Notes under the pieces: model-generated
Database searches by the model: none
Told to the model about the DNA's origin: nothing
What the model saw: the letters and a program-made list of their open reading frames with translations, nothing else
Assembly (NCBI GenBank): GCA_964621395.1
Contig: CAZULS010000001.1
Span: 135,920-199,919, forward strand
DNA from: an uncultured Candidatus Saccharibacteria bacterium
GTDB taxonomy: Bacteria > Patescibacteriota > Minisyncoccia > Phycocordibacterales > JACNGX01
Direction: 5' to 3'
DNA: 64,000 bases
Position numbers and translations under genes: made by a program
In this document: positions 47,368-57,332 of the stretch, in pieces
Numbering within the stretch: position 1 is the first letter of the stretch
Layout: each line of letters starts with the position of its first letter

Positions 47368-49518
47368 ATGCAGCGAGATTATCCATTGGAGAAAGTGCGC
47401 AATTTCGGTATTATCGCCCACATCGACGCGGGGAAGACCACCGTTTCAGAGCGTATTCTCTTTTATACCGGCGTCTCACACAAAATCGGTGAGGTGCACG
47501 AAGGTGAGGCGGTCATGGACTGGATGGAACAGGAACGCGAGCGCGGTATCACCATTACGTCCGCGGCGACAACCTGTTTCTGGGTGCCGACACACGACGA
47601 TGCCTCTGATGCTTCCAAGAAATATCGATTCAATATTATCGACACTCCGGGGCACGTCGACTTTACCGTGGAGGTGGAGCGATCCCTTAAGGTGCTCGAC
47701 GGTGGTGTTGTCGTCTTCGACGGCGTTGCCGGCGTAGAGCCTCAGTCTGAGACCGTGTGGCGCCAGGCAGATAAATACAAAGTGCCGCGCATGTGTTTCA
47801 TCAACAAGCTCGATCGTACCGGCGCTTCTTTTGAGCGTTCATACAAGTCGATTTTGGATCGTCTGACCAAAAAGGCGGTTCGTTTCCAGATTCCGATGGG
47901 TGAAGAGGAGTACCACCAAGGCGTGGTAGACCTTCTCAAGATGAAAGCATACTTCTTCGAGGGTGAGATGGGTAATACCGTGCGCGAAGATGAGATTCCG
48001 GCAGAATATAAAGACGACGCCGAAACATATCACAATGAGCTCATCGAAGCGGTGGTACAGCACGATGAAGAAGCAATGAATCGTTTCCTCGAAGGGGAGA
48101 CAATTTCCGTGGAAGAGCTTCAAAAAATCGCGCGTAAGGCGGTGATTGCAAACGAACTCGTACCGGTCTTCACAGGTACGGCACTCAAAAACAAAGGCGT
48201 GCAGCTTCTCCTAAACGCGGTGGTAGATTATCTGCCGTCTCCGCTTGATGTTCCGGCAATTTCCGGAGAAAATCCCAAGACGGGTGGAAAGGAAGAGCGT
48301 CATTCTTCCGACGACGAGCCGTTTGCAGCGCTTGCCTTCAAGCTCGCTGTGGATCCGTTTGTTGGTCAGCTCACATTCTTCCGCGTGTATTCCGGAACAC
48401 TCGAAGCCGGATCATATGTGTACAATGCCCGCACGGGAAATAAAGAGCGCGTGGGCCGTATTTTGCGCATGCACTCCAATGATCGCGAAGAGGTGAAGAA
48501 GGTGTATGCCGGTGAAATCGCGGCGGCTGTTGGTTTGAAAGACGTGCGCACGGGAGACACCTTGTGTGATGAAGGGCATCCGGTGCTTCTGGAAGGAATT
48601 GAATTCCCTGAGCCGGTAGTGTCGCTCAAGATTGAGCCGAAGACCAAAGCCGATCAGGAGAAGATGGGCATTGCGCTTTCTCGTTTGGCGCAGGAAGACC
48701 CGACATTTAAGGTTTCCACCGATCAGGAAACGCTTGAGACAATCGTTTCAGGTATGGGTGAGCTTCACCTCGACATTATCGTGGATCGTATGAAGCGCGA
48801 ATTTAAGGTGGAGGCAAATGTGGGTCAGCCGCAGGTGGCATATCGCGAAACAATCACCGCACCGTCGGAATCTGAAGTGAAATACATCAAGCAGACGGGT
48901 GGTCGCGGTCAGTATGGTCATGTGAAGATTCGCATGAAGCCCATTGAGAAACTCTCCGAAGAAGAGATTGCGGATTTGCCCAAGACAGTGAAGCGTTCGG
49001 AAGGATTCGAATTCGTAAATTCAATCAAGGGAGGGGTTATTCCGCAGGAATATATTCCGGCTTGTGAGAAAGGATTTAAGGAAGCGATGGAGAAGGGTAT
49101 TGTTGCCGGCTTCCCCTTGGCGGATGTGTCGGTAGAGCTGTATGATGGTTCGTACCATGAAGTGGACTCCTCTGAAGTTGCCTTCAAGATCGCGTCCTCA
49201 CAGGCATTTCAGGAAGCTGCGCAGAAAGCAAAGCCGGTGGTCCTTGAGCCGATGATGAAGGTGGAAGTGGTGACTCCCGATCAATTCATGGGAGACATTA
49301 CCGGAAACCTCTCTTCCAAGCGCGGACAAGTGGAAGGCACCGAAGACCGCGGTATGAACAAGGTGGTGCGTGCCGCCGTGCCTCTTTCGGAGATGTTTGG
49401 GTACATGACCCAGCTTCGAAGCATGACCGAAGGTCGCGCAAGCTTCACGATGGAATTTGCGGAATACGCAATCGTACCGCAGAATATCGCGGATGAGATT
49501 GTGGCGAAAAGGAAGTAA
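47368..49518 (+). CDS. fusA: Elongation factor G
   Basis: 716 aa; [22 protein letters not shown]-domain motifs. Confidence 0.95.
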   Translation: MQRDYPLEKVRNFGIIAHIDAGKTTVSERILFYTGVSHKIGEVHEGEAVMDWMEQERERGITITSAATTCFWVPTHDDASDASKKYRFNIIDTPGHVDFTVEVERSLKVLDGGVVVFDGVAGVEPQSETVWRQADKYKVPRMCFINKLDRTGASFERSYKSILDRLTKKAVRFQIPMGEEEYHQGVVDLLKMKAYFFEGEMGNTVREDEIPAEYKDDAETYHNELIEAVVQHDEEAMNRFLEGETISVEELQKIARKAVIANELVPVFTGTALKNKGVQLLLNAVVDYLPSPLDVPAISGENPKTGGKEERHSSDDEPFAALAFKLAVDPFVGQLTFFRVYSGTLEAGSYVYNARTGNKERVGRILRMHSNDREEVKKVYAGEIAAAVGLKDVRTGDTLCDEGHPVLLEGIEFPEPVVSLKIEPKTKADQEKMGIALSRLAQEDPTFKVSTDQETLETIVSGMGELHLDIIVDRMKREFKVEANVGQPQVAYRETITAPSESEVKYIKQTGGRGQYGHVKIRMKPIEKLSEEEIADLPKTVKRSEGFEFVNSIKGGVIPQEYIPACEKGFKEAMEKGIVAGFPLADVSVELYDGSYHEVDSSEVAFKIASSQAFQEAAQKAKPVVLEPMMKVEVVTPDQFMGDITGNLSSKRGQVEGTEDRGMNKVVRAAVPLSEMFGYMTQLRSMTEGRASFTMEFAEYAIVPQNIADEIVAKRK

Positions 49519-49619
49519 AAAGAGGAGATTAGGAGATTAAAGATTAAAAAATTAAAAAAACTATAAACGGTAAACGATACACTAAAAGTCGCCCTGACGG
49601 GCGACTTTTAGTTTGCTTA

Positions 49620-49968
49620 CATGTACTGCTTGTCATCCTGTTTAATTTTCCCTCTGCCATCTCGCACCACCACTGTCATCCCGTCCAACCCCACATTGGT
49701 GAGCACGGAAATGTATATATTCAACCCAGCAACAATGCCACTGGCGAGTGCCATGTACTTTTCAGAATCATACATGTGGGGCTGGAATGCGGGATCTCCC
49801 CGAATAACCTCTGGGAAAAATATGTCGAAGATTCCCAATCACCAGAGCCCCACTTTCACCAACATAGTCTGTAATAAAACATTTTTCGTTTCTTCTTCTA
49901 TCGTTCACGGCTTCTTAATGTATTCAGTGAAAGTCGAGCTCGGCAGGAGTTGGGAATGACAAAAAATA
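49620..49968. mobile_element. Composite family-A/family-E repeat block downstream of fusA
   Basis: Contains TGTCATCC hairpin halves, GTGGGGCTGG, and CCAGAGCCCCACTTTCACC ... CAGTGAAAGTCGAGCTCGGCAGGAGTTGGGAATGACA (near-duplicate of 34903-35099). Confidence 0.6.
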
Positions 49969-50074
49969 GGGTAAAGAAAAGGCGGCGCGGTCCTAAAGGA
50001 CCGCGCCGCTTTGCGTGGTGGGGTAATAAAAAAGCCCCGAAAATCTCGGGGCCTTTAGAGTAGCTTCGTGTAAC

Positions 50075-51100
50075 TTAATACGAACTACCTGCGTGTTTCA
50101 TCTCTCCCGCCTTTGCAAACTCAAGAGTTGCCGACAAATCATCGGGTTCAAGTATGTTTGCAAGAAGGTCCTGCATAACACAGTAACCCTTCCATACATC
50201 CTCGATGGTGTCGAATTGGTGCTGTGTCCAGTCATACCGGAGGAGTGTTTCCATGACTTTGACCCATGTTGCCAGCACTTCATTGGCATCGGCATTTTCT
50301 ACCACTCCGGAGTGTTTGACCGCAGTAAGGCCATGCATGAGTTCCATTACACCGGCGAGATTTCTCTCGTTTCCGACGCTGTGCATTGAGATGTTGAGAC
50401 CACAACCGCCGATAAATCCACCGGCATTCCTGACTTCAAAATTACGCCCGTAAAATCCGCCCTCACAGGCGAAATTCGGTGTGAGACCGAATTTGTAACG
50501 GACAAAGAGATTACAGAACGCATGAAGCATGGGAAGAACAGGCAGTTCTGCTCCTCGTCCCATAATGCCGCCAGAAATCGAACGATTGCCAACCTTTATG
50601 CTCCTTACGTTTCCGTTGCCATCATCCGTTACTTCCACAGACAGAACAGGTTTCTCCAGGAGTGGTGCCTTCGACGGCACATGCGGTTCAAAGTCGAGAG
50701 GAGGAGGCTCCATTTCTCCCCCGGTTTTTTCGTAGATATCTTTCAGCAGCCAGTAATCAAGCGTGCTGATTGAATCTCCCCACTCTCGTCCACCAGGGAA
50801 TTTTACATGACAGCTTCCAAGACAGGTGTCTTGGACAACGCCAACTTTTCCATTTATCATGACACGTGTACCGCGCCAATCAAAATGGTATTCGTACTTA
50901 TCAAACAGAGGCATAAAGACCACTGTTTTTTGTACGGAAAGTTCGACATTGTCCGGACCGAACAATTCATCTTTCCGGTAGAAACAATTTTCACACACAG
51001 TACCGATGGTCGGATTTTCACCGGCCCATTTTTTGCTAATGGAACTGCCGCAAACAGGGCACTTCCCCTGTACAAGAGTTACGTTTTTCATGATGTACAC
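50075..51100 (-). CDS. Hypothetical protein with N-terminal zinc-ribbon (CPVCGSS ... CENC), inserted antisense between fusA and tuf
   Basis: 341-aa ORF; two CxxC pairs at the N-terminus; Gly-rich central region (NAGGFIGGCGLN); unassigned. Two terminator hairpins (49978-50014, 50030-50056) downstream on its strand. Confidence 0.4.
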   Translation of the reverse strand: MYIMKNVTLVQGKCPVCGSSISKKWAGENPTIGTVCENCFYRKDELFGPDNVELSVQKTVVFMPLFDKYEYHFDWRGTRVMINGKVGVVQDTCLGSCHVKFPGGREWGDSISTLDYWLLKDIYEKTGGEMEPPPLDFEPHVPSKAPLLEKPVLSVEVTDDGNGNVRSIKVGNRSISGGIMGRGAELPVLPMLHAFCNLFVRYKFGLTPNFACEGGFYGRNFEVRNAGGFIGGCGLNISMHSVGNERNLAGVMELMHGLTAVKHSGVVENADANEVLATWVKVMETLLRYDWTQHQFDTIEDVWKGYCVMQDLLANILEPDDLSATLEFAKAGEMKHAGSSY

Positions 51101-51453
51101 GTTTTCTTTTTGGTGAGAAAAAATATGGTTTCAAATAAAATAACTGCTCGTTTCAGTCTATCATACCATATGTAATATGTCAATACCAGCACCCGCTCCT
51201 TTTTCCTATCCTATAAGCCATAAGCTAAAAGCTATAAGCTCAATTGCGCTTGCGCAAATTCGGCGGCTCTGGTAGGATAGTGGCACCGCATGGCGGGCTT
51301 GTTTTTTCTTGTATGTATTTTTTTGTTTCTAAAAAGCAGAAAAGTATATCATCCAAGTCCATCACGCATTTTATTTATTATCAGGTATAGCTGTTTCTTT
51401 TCGGGCAATGCTCTCGCTTCGAGAAGGAACAGGTATCCAATTCATTCAAACGT

Positions 51454-52647
51454 ATGGCTGATACATTTGATCGCAGCAAGCCGCATGTGAATGTGGGTAC
51501 CCTCGGTCACGTTGACCACGGGAAGACCACATTGACTGCCGGCATCTTGAATGCCCTCGACCTCGCAGGACAGAAGGTCCGCAAAGAGGATGTGAGCGCA
51601 ATCGACAACGCGCCGGAAGAGCGCGAACGTGGTATTACCATTTCGCTCCACCACAGCGAATACGAAACAGAAGCACGTCACTACGCGCACATCGATGCGC
51701 CGGGACACGCCGACTACATTAAAAACATGATCACCGGTGCCGCACAGATGGACGGTGCAATCCTTGTGGTTGCAGCAACCGATGGTGTGATGCCGCAAAC
51801 TCGTGAGCACGTACTCCTTGCAAAGCAGGTGGGCCTTACTCACATGATCGTCTTCATCAACAAGGTAGACATGGTTGATGATGCTGATTTGGTTGAGCTC
51901 GTGGAAGAAGAAATCCGCGAAGTGCTTACCCAGCAGGGCTTTGATGGTGCAAACGCGCCGGTTATCAAGGGCTCCGGCCTTAAAGCAGCGGAAGCAACAT
52001 CTGTTGACGATGAATACGTACAGAAGATTCTTGAGCTCATGAATGCTCTTGATACGTACATTCCGCTTCCGGAACGTCAGACTGACAAGCCGTTCCTTAT
52101 GCCGATTGAGGACATCTTCTCAATTGAAGGACGTGGTACTGTCTGCACCGGTCGTATTGAACGCGGACAGATCAAGGTCGGAGAAGAGGTTGAAATCGTG
52201 GGTATTAAAGATACCGTAAAGACAACCGTGACCGGTATTGAGATGTTTAACAAATCGCTTGAGCAGGGCGAAGCCGGCGACAACGCGGGAATTCTCCTTC
52301 GCGGTACCAAAAAAGAAGATATTCACCGCGGTCAGGTGCTTGCTGCACCGGCAAGTGTTACCCCGCACACCGAATTCGAAGCGGAGGTATACATTCTTAA
52401 GAAAGAGGAAGGTGGTCGTCACACTCCGTTCTTCTCCGGATACAAGCCGCAGTTCTATGTCGGTACAACGGATGTGACCGGCGACGTGACTCTGGCAGAA
52501 GGCGTTGAAATGGTGATGCCGGGCGATACCGTTACCTTCAAAGTGAAGCTTGTAGCACCTGTTGCTCTTGAAGATCAGCAGCGCTTCGCAATCCGCGAAG
52601 GCGGTAAGACCGTTGGTGCCGGTGTGGTAACCAAGGTTATTGCCTAG
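51454..52647 (+). CDS. tuf: Elongation factor Tu
   Basis: 397 aa; [22 protein letters not shown] motifs. Confidence 0.95.
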   Translation: MADTFDRSKPHVNVGTLGHVDHGKTTLTAGILNALDLAGQKVRKEDVSAIDNAPEERERGITISLHHSEYETEARHYAHIDAPGHADYIKNMITGAAQMDGAILVVAATDGVMPQTREHVLLAKQVGLTHMIVFINKVDMVDDADLVELVEEEIREVLTQQGFDGANAPVIKGSGLKAAEATSVDDEYVQKILELMNALDTYIPLPERQTDKPFLMPIEDIFSIEGRGTVCTGRIERGQIKVGEEVEIVGIKDTVKTTVTGIEMFNKSLEQGEAGDNAGILLRGTKKEDIHRGQVLAAPASVTPHTEFEAEVYILKKEEGGRHTPFFSGYKPQFYVGTTDVTGDVTLAEGVEMVMPGDTVTFKVKLVAPVALEDQQRFAIREGGKTVGAGVVTKVIA

Positions 52648-52689
52648 AGCTTGATTACGATTCCCACCGCAAGGTAGGAAGAGTAGAAG

Positions 52690-52812
52690 CTTGTCGGCTG
52701 ACACGTTCGTATGCCGGCTGCAAATCGCTCAAAGCGTCTTGAAGTACGACAGTACTCCCGCGACACTTTTCACGATTTTCGCTCGACATACGGACGTGTC
52801 ACGCACGACATG
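52690..52812. repeat. Partial family-C MITE copy (internal region, no TIRs) downstream of tuf
   Basis: CTTGTCGGCTGACACGTTCGTATGCCGGCTGCAAATCGCTCAAAGCGTCTTGAAGTACGACAGTACTCCCGCG ... aligns with the interior of 17903-18090. Confidence 0.55.
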
Positions 52813-52926
52813 TTAATCGTAACCAAGCTCACAATTCATGTTTGCGTCGCGGTGGAAATCGTGACCAAACTTATTCTCCGGACACCCCTTCTCGAAAGGT
52901 AGGGGCACGTCCGCCCGCTCTGTTCT

Positions 52927-53277
52927 ATGACAGCAACCGAAACACAAAAGAAGAAACGTTCTGAAACGAGCGCGCCGAAACTTCGTATCAAAGTGCGTGC
53001 GTATGAGAACAAAGTGCTTGATGCATCGGTAAAGCAGATTATCGACACGGCGATTCGCTATGATGCGGATATTGCCGGACCGACACCCTTGCCGACATCG
53101 ACAAAGAAGTACACCGTCAATCGCTCCACGTTCGTTCACAAAGACGCGCGAGAGCAGTTCGAAATGCGAGTGCATAAGCGTTTGATCGATATCCTCAATC
53201 CGACCCCTAAGGTCGTTGAGGCATTGACCAATCTCTCACTCCCTTCGGGCGTCAGCGTGGATGTACGCATGATGTAA
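52927..53277 (+). CDS. rpsJ: 30S ribosomal protein uS10 (with short N-terminal extension)
   Basis: LRIKVRAYENKVLDASVKQIIDTA ... GPTPLPT ... conserved uS10. Confidence 0.9.
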   Translation: MTATETQKKKRSETSAPKLRIKVRAYENKVLDASVKQIIDTAIRYDADIAGPTPLPTSTKKYTVNRSTFVHKDAREQFEMRVHKRLIDILNPTPKVVEALTNLSLPSGVSVDVRMM

Positions 53278-53448
53278 TTGAGCAGTATTGCTCGGGTTCG
53301 CGCATTCAATTTGCCCAGCGAAGTGAATGCGCTCTACCCGATCAATGCAAGAAGCGGCGACGGCGGCGCGCAAAGCGCCCCGCCGCAACAACGCGAATCA
53401 TGACATGAATAGATATGTCACGAGCCGCATGTTTTTTGTATTGCATAA

Positions 53449-53645
53449 GGGTACGAACTACGAACATATACGAACATACGGAGACAGTGTCTCGCGACAT
53501 AATATAATTATATCGTCATTCCGCACTTGATGCGGAATCTAGGAGACTCTGTATCTGGATTCCTGGTCAAGCCAGGAATGACAGCAAAAGAGAGTTTCCT
53601 GCTGAAAGTCAGATTCGTATGTTCGTACAAATTCGTAGTTCGTAA
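53449..53645. mobile_element. Composite family-B variant enclosing family-A hairpins, between rpsJ and the inserted minus-strand ORF
   Basis: GGGTACGAACTACGAACATATACGAACATACGGAG ... GTCATTCCGCACTTGATGCGGAATC ... CCAGGAATGACA ... GATTCGTATGTTCGTACAAATTCGTAGTTCGTAAC. Confidence 0.6.
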
Positions 53646-53710
53646 CAGTTCATAACACAAAAAAACCGCACAGCGGCATATGACGAATCATATACATGTG
53701 CGGTCGGGTT

Positions 53711-54037
53711 TCAGAGACCTGTCTCCCTTTTTGCTTTTTTGCCCCACGGCCAAAGAAAGCCGTGAAATCCATAAAAGCCAAAGTCCACAAGCGCCGCAAT
53801 GAGTCCAATGGGACCCGAGAAGAGACGAATAAATTCAGATGCTTCCCACCATAAATTATTCTCTTTCTTGACTGTTTCCACGGCTTTTTTCAAACGATTG
53901 TCATTTGGAAAAGAAGAAGTTAAGTCATCAAGAAAAGTTTTTCTTCTTACAGAACTTGCAAAAGAGAATCCTGCTCCCAATACACCACAGGCCAGCCATA
54001 GTAAGAGGAGAAGTATCGAAAACAATGTTATATTCAT
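53711..54037 (-). CDS. Hypothetical small membrane protein inserted antisense between rpsJ and rplC
   Basis: 108-aa ORF; N-terminal TM/signal (ITLFSILLLLLWLACGVLGAGF) and C-terminal hydrophobic segment. Confidence 0.35.
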   Translation of the reverse strand: MNITLFSILLLLLWLACGVLGAGFSFASSVRRKTFLDDLTSSFPNDNRLKKAVETVKKENNLWWEASEFIRLFSGPIGLIAALVDFGFYGFHGFLWPWGKKAKRETGL

Positions 54038-54253
54038 CGGAGTAAATTTTTTGTGTTCAAAAGTTCAAAAAACGCCAAGCTAATTCTAACAGTAATATAT
54101 TTCCTATTTAGAGTCAAACATATTTTTTGTCTCTCATCCCAAATTACCCAATTCCTATTTTCTACCGTGACCGAGCATGACTTGTCATGCTGTAGGCACT
54201 CCTAGTTTCCAATCCACCCAGTTGACTTTTCAAATCAAAAAAGGTAGTATCTG

Positions 54254-54420
54254 GAAACGTATAATTCCGAATTACGAATGCACGCGAATATACGAATGAG
54301 TGAAATAGCGGATGTGCCTTCGAAGTATCCTCGGAACATATATAACAATAAGAAGAGAAATATAAAAATGCACGATATATTGAGTATTCGTATATTCGTA
54401 ATAAATTCGTAATTCGTAAC
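54254..54420. mobile_element. Family-B MITE variant directly upstream of rplC (right TIR ends 3 nt before the ATG)
   Basis: ATTACGAATGCACGCGAATATACGAATGAG ... GTATTCGTATATTCGTAATAAATTCGTAATTCGTAAC. Confidence 0.65.
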
Positions 54421-54423
54421 TTT

Positions 54424-55035
54424 ATGAAATTCATCCTCGGCACAAAAGAAGAGATGACACAGATTTTCCAGGAAGATGGACGTGTCGTACCGGTAACAGC
54501 AATCGCTGCCGGTCCTGTTGTGGTGACACAAGTGAAGAATGCTGATACCGATGGATACAGTGCTGTGCAGGTTGGCTTTGGTACACAGAAAGAATCTCGC
54601 TTGGGCAAGTCTGTTCTTGGGCACACCAAAGATCTTGGTGCATTTAAAACACTTCGCGAATTCCGCCTGGAGGATACGGCAGACATGGAAAAAGGGAAGA
54701 CTATCGACGTGTCTATCTTTGAGCCGGGTGAGGAAATCGAAGTGAGCGGAATTTCGAAAGGAAAAGGTTTCCAAGGTGTGGTGAAGCGTCATGGCTTCAA
54801 AGGCGGTCCTCGTTCACACGGTCAGAAGCACTCTGAGCGTAAGCCGGGTTCTATCGGATCAACCGGTCCGCAGCGCGTGCTCAAAGGCTTGCGCATGGCA
54901 GGACGCATGGGTTCGGATCGCGTAACGGTGAAGAATCTTTCAGTGGTTGCCGTCGACGCGGAAAAAGGGCTCCTCTTTGTGAAAGGTGCCGTTCCCGGAC
55001 GTCGCGGCACATTGCTCGAAGTCCGCACCGCCTAA
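54424..55035 (+). CDS. rplC: 50S ribosomal protein uL3
   Basis: Conserved uL3 N-terminus and KGKGFQGVVKRHGF motif. Confidence 0.95.
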   Translation: MKFILGTKEEMTQIFQEDGRVVPVTAIAAGPVVVTQVKNADTDGYSAVQVGFGTQKESRLGKSVLGHTKDLGAFKTLREFRLEDTADMEKGKTIDVSIFEPGEEIEVSGISKGKGFQGVVKRHGFKGGPRSHGQKHSERKPGSIGSTGPQRVLKGLRMAGRMGSDRVTVKNLSVVAVDAEKGLLFVKGAVPGRRGTLLEVRTA

Positions 55036-55089
55036 GAGCGCACGGAGTGCGCGTTAATCTCCTAACCTTTAACTTCCTAATCTCCTAAT

Positions 55090-55758
55090 ATGGAATCACC
55101 CATCTACAACGAACAAGGAAAAGAAACAGGCAAGCTCACACTTCCTAAGGAAATCTTTGGTTTGCCGAAAAATGACGACCTCGTGCACCAGGTGGTTGTA
55201 TCGATGCAGTCAAATGCACGCACCAATGTGGCGCATGCAAAAGACAGAAGCGAAGTACGAGGCGGTGGTCGCAAGCCCTGGAAGCAGAAGGGTACCGGTC
55301 GTGCGCGTCATGGTTCGCGCCGTTCACCGATTTGGATTGGTGGTGGCGTTACCCACGGACCTTCCAATGAAAAGAATTTCGATAAGAAAATCAATCGCAA
55401 GATGGCACGCAAGGCGCTCCATACGGTGCTTTCCGGTAAGATGAAAGACGGTGAGGTGATGTTTGTTGACATCTTCTCCACTGAAGAGCCGAAAGCTTCA
55501 TGGGCAAAGGGTGTTCTTCAAGCACTCGGAAGCGTGAAAGGATATGAGGCGATTGCGGAGCGCAAGAACAATGCCGTGCTCATTGCCGTGGGCGAGAAAA
55601 ACGATGCAGTATTCAAGAGCTTTGGAAACTTCGGCAACGTTGCCATCATGGAAGCACGCAATGTAAATCCTGTGGAAGCTCTTTCATACAAGCACATCGT
55701 ATTTGTGGGCCCCGAGGTATGTGTTGCACACCTTACTCGTGAAAAAGGAAATGAATAA
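55090..55758 (+). CDS. rplD: 50S ribosomal protein uL4
   Basis: RGGGRKPWKQKGTGRARHGS signature; TAATCTCCTAA tandem motif directly upstream. Confidence 0.9.
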   Translation: MESPIYNEQGKETGKLTLPKEIFGLPKNDDLVHQVVVSMQSNARTNVAHAKDRSEVRGGGRKPWKQKGTGRARHGSRRSPIWIGGGVTHGPSNEKNFDKKINRKMARKALHTVLSGKMKDGEVMFVDIFSTEEPKASWAKGVLQALGSVKGYEAIAERKNNAVLIAVGEKNDAVFKSFGNFGNVAIMEARNVNPVEALSYKHIVFVGPEVCVAHLTREKGNE

Positions 55759-55776
55759 TTCAGATTCTCGTTAACT

Positions 55777-56211
55777 ATGAGCATTCTCTCTTCCAAAACA
55801 AAAGAGTCTCAGTCGAAAAAGACGACCGACCAAGGGTCTAAGGCAAAAGCTCCGGCAAAGCCGAAAGCAAAAGCTGCATCAAAGAGTGCGCAGCCCAAGC
55901 CTAAGTCACAGAAAGCTGCGACCGCTCCCAAGAAAGGTGCATATGCACACGTGCTTCTTGCACCGCGTATTACAGAGAAGGCAGCTCTTTCAAGCGAACG
56001 TGGCGCGTATGTCTTTACGGTTGCACCAGAGGCGACAAAGGTTGATGTGAAGAAGGCGTTTTTCCAGGTATACGGTATTCTGCCGAGAAAAATCACCATG
56101 ACCCGCATCCCGAAGAAGAACACGTTCATTCGCGGAAGAAAGGGTACGAAAGGTGGTGGTAAGAAAGCGGTTGTATATCTTCCCGAAGGACAGAAGATTG
56201 AAATTGTGTAA
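55777..56211 (+). CDS. rplW: 50S ribosomal protein uL23 with approx 50-aa K/A-rich N-terminal extension
   Basis: The C-terminal 90 aa match uL23 (LLAPRITEKA ... VDVKKAFFQVYGI ...). Confidence 0.85.
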   Translation: MSILSSKTKESQSKKTTDQGSKAKAPAKPKAKAASKSAQPKPKSQKAATAPKKGAYAHVLLAPRITEKAALSSERGAYVFTVAPEATKVDVKKAFFQVYGILPRKITMTRIPKKNTFIRGRKGTKGGGKKAVVYLPEGQKIEIV

Positions 56212-56215
56212 ATCA

Positions 56216-56322
56216 TCGAATTACAAATGAAATACGAATATACGAATTACAAATATATGTGTTAATGATAATAAAGAGCATGATTTGTAATTTGTATATT
56301 TGTATCAATTCGTAATTTGTTT
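56216..56322. mobile_element. Miniature family-B derivative (ACGAAT/ACAAAT-rich, approx 107 bp) between rplW and rplB
   Basis: CGAATTACAAATGAAATACGAATATACGAATTACAAATA ... TATTTGTATCAATTCGTAATTTG. Confidence 0.5.
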
Positions 56323-56328
56323 ATAGCC

Positions 56329-57168
56329 ATGAAAAAATATAAGCCGACAACAGCATCTCGCAGACACATGAGCACGGTGACCTACCGAGGCGTGCTTTCC
56401 GGCGACAAGCCACACAAACCGCTTGTGAAAGGAAAGAAGCGTTCTGTTGGTCGTAACAATGCCGGACGTATCACCACTCGTCATAAGGGAGGCGGTCACA
56501 AGCGTTTGCAGCGTGATATCGATTTTACATACGATAAGAAAAACATTATCGCGCGCGTGGAGACGATTGAATACGATCCAAACCGCTCAGGTTTCATTGC
56601 TCTCGTGTGTTATCGTGATGGTGAACGTCGCTATATCCTTGCTCCGCAGAGTGTTGTGGTGGGAGATGAATTCGTGGTATCCGAAGAGGCGGAAGTGAAG
56701 GTGGGAAATCGCATGCCCCTTGGTAAGATTCCTGCCGGTACGTTTGTATATAATGTTGAATTAAAGCCGGGTGCCGGCGCACGCTTGGCACGCTCCGCCG
56801 GATCATTCCTTGAAGTGGTTGCAAACGACGAAGGCTACACCCAGGTGAAGATGCCGTCGGGAGAAATTCGCAAGATTATCGCCACCGCATGGGCGTCAAT
56901 CGGTGAAGTATCCAATCAAGAGCACAAGCTTGTGACTATTGGAAAAGCGGGTCGTAGCCGCTGGATGGGTAAGCGCCCGACGGTGCGTGGTACGGCCATG
57001 AACCCTGTTGATCACCCCCATGGTGGTGGTGAAGGACGCCAAGGACGCGGACGCCGTCGCGCAACCTCTAAATGGGGTAAGGAGACCGGAAAGGGACACA
57101 AGACACGTCGTGCAAAGAAATATTCAAACAATCTCATCGTTTCTCGCAGAAAGAGCAAAAAGAAGTAA
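56329..57168 (+). CDS. rplB: 50S ribosomal protein uL2
   Basis: MKKYKPTTASRRHMS ... GGGEGRQGRGRRRA conserved uL2; start moved 4 codons into the track ORF. Confidence 0.95.
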   Translation: MKKYKPTTASRRHMSTVTYRGVLSGDKPHKPLVKGKKRSVGRNNAGRITTRHKGGGHKRLQRDIDFTYDKKNIIARVETIEYDPNRSGFIALVCYRDGERRYILAPQSVVVGDEFVVSEEAEVKVGNRMPLGKIPAGTFVYNVELKPGAGARLARSAGSFLEVVANDEGYTQVKMPSGEIRKIIATAWASIGEVSNQEHKLVTIGKAGRSRWMGKRPTVRGTAMNPVDHPHGGGEGRQGRGRRRATSKWGKETGKGHKTRRAKKYSNNLIVSRRKSKKK

Positions 57169-57204
57169 AAAAACGATAAACGATAAACTTTTCAACGATA
57201 AAAC

Positions 57205-57243
57205 AAAAAGCCGCGCAGCTCTCAAAGGATGCGCGGCTTTTGC
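57205..57243 (+). terminator. Terminator after rplB (AAAAAGCCGCGCAGC-TCTCAAAGGA-TGCGCGGCTTTTGCC), preceded by ACGATAAAC motifs
   Basis: Read directly. Confidence 0.55.
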
Positions 57244-57332
57244 CCCCCCTCACACTTTTTCCTCAAAATATGTTATATTGGGAAACACTCATTTTTAATT
57301 TCCTAATATTTAACTTCTAATCTCCTACCACA

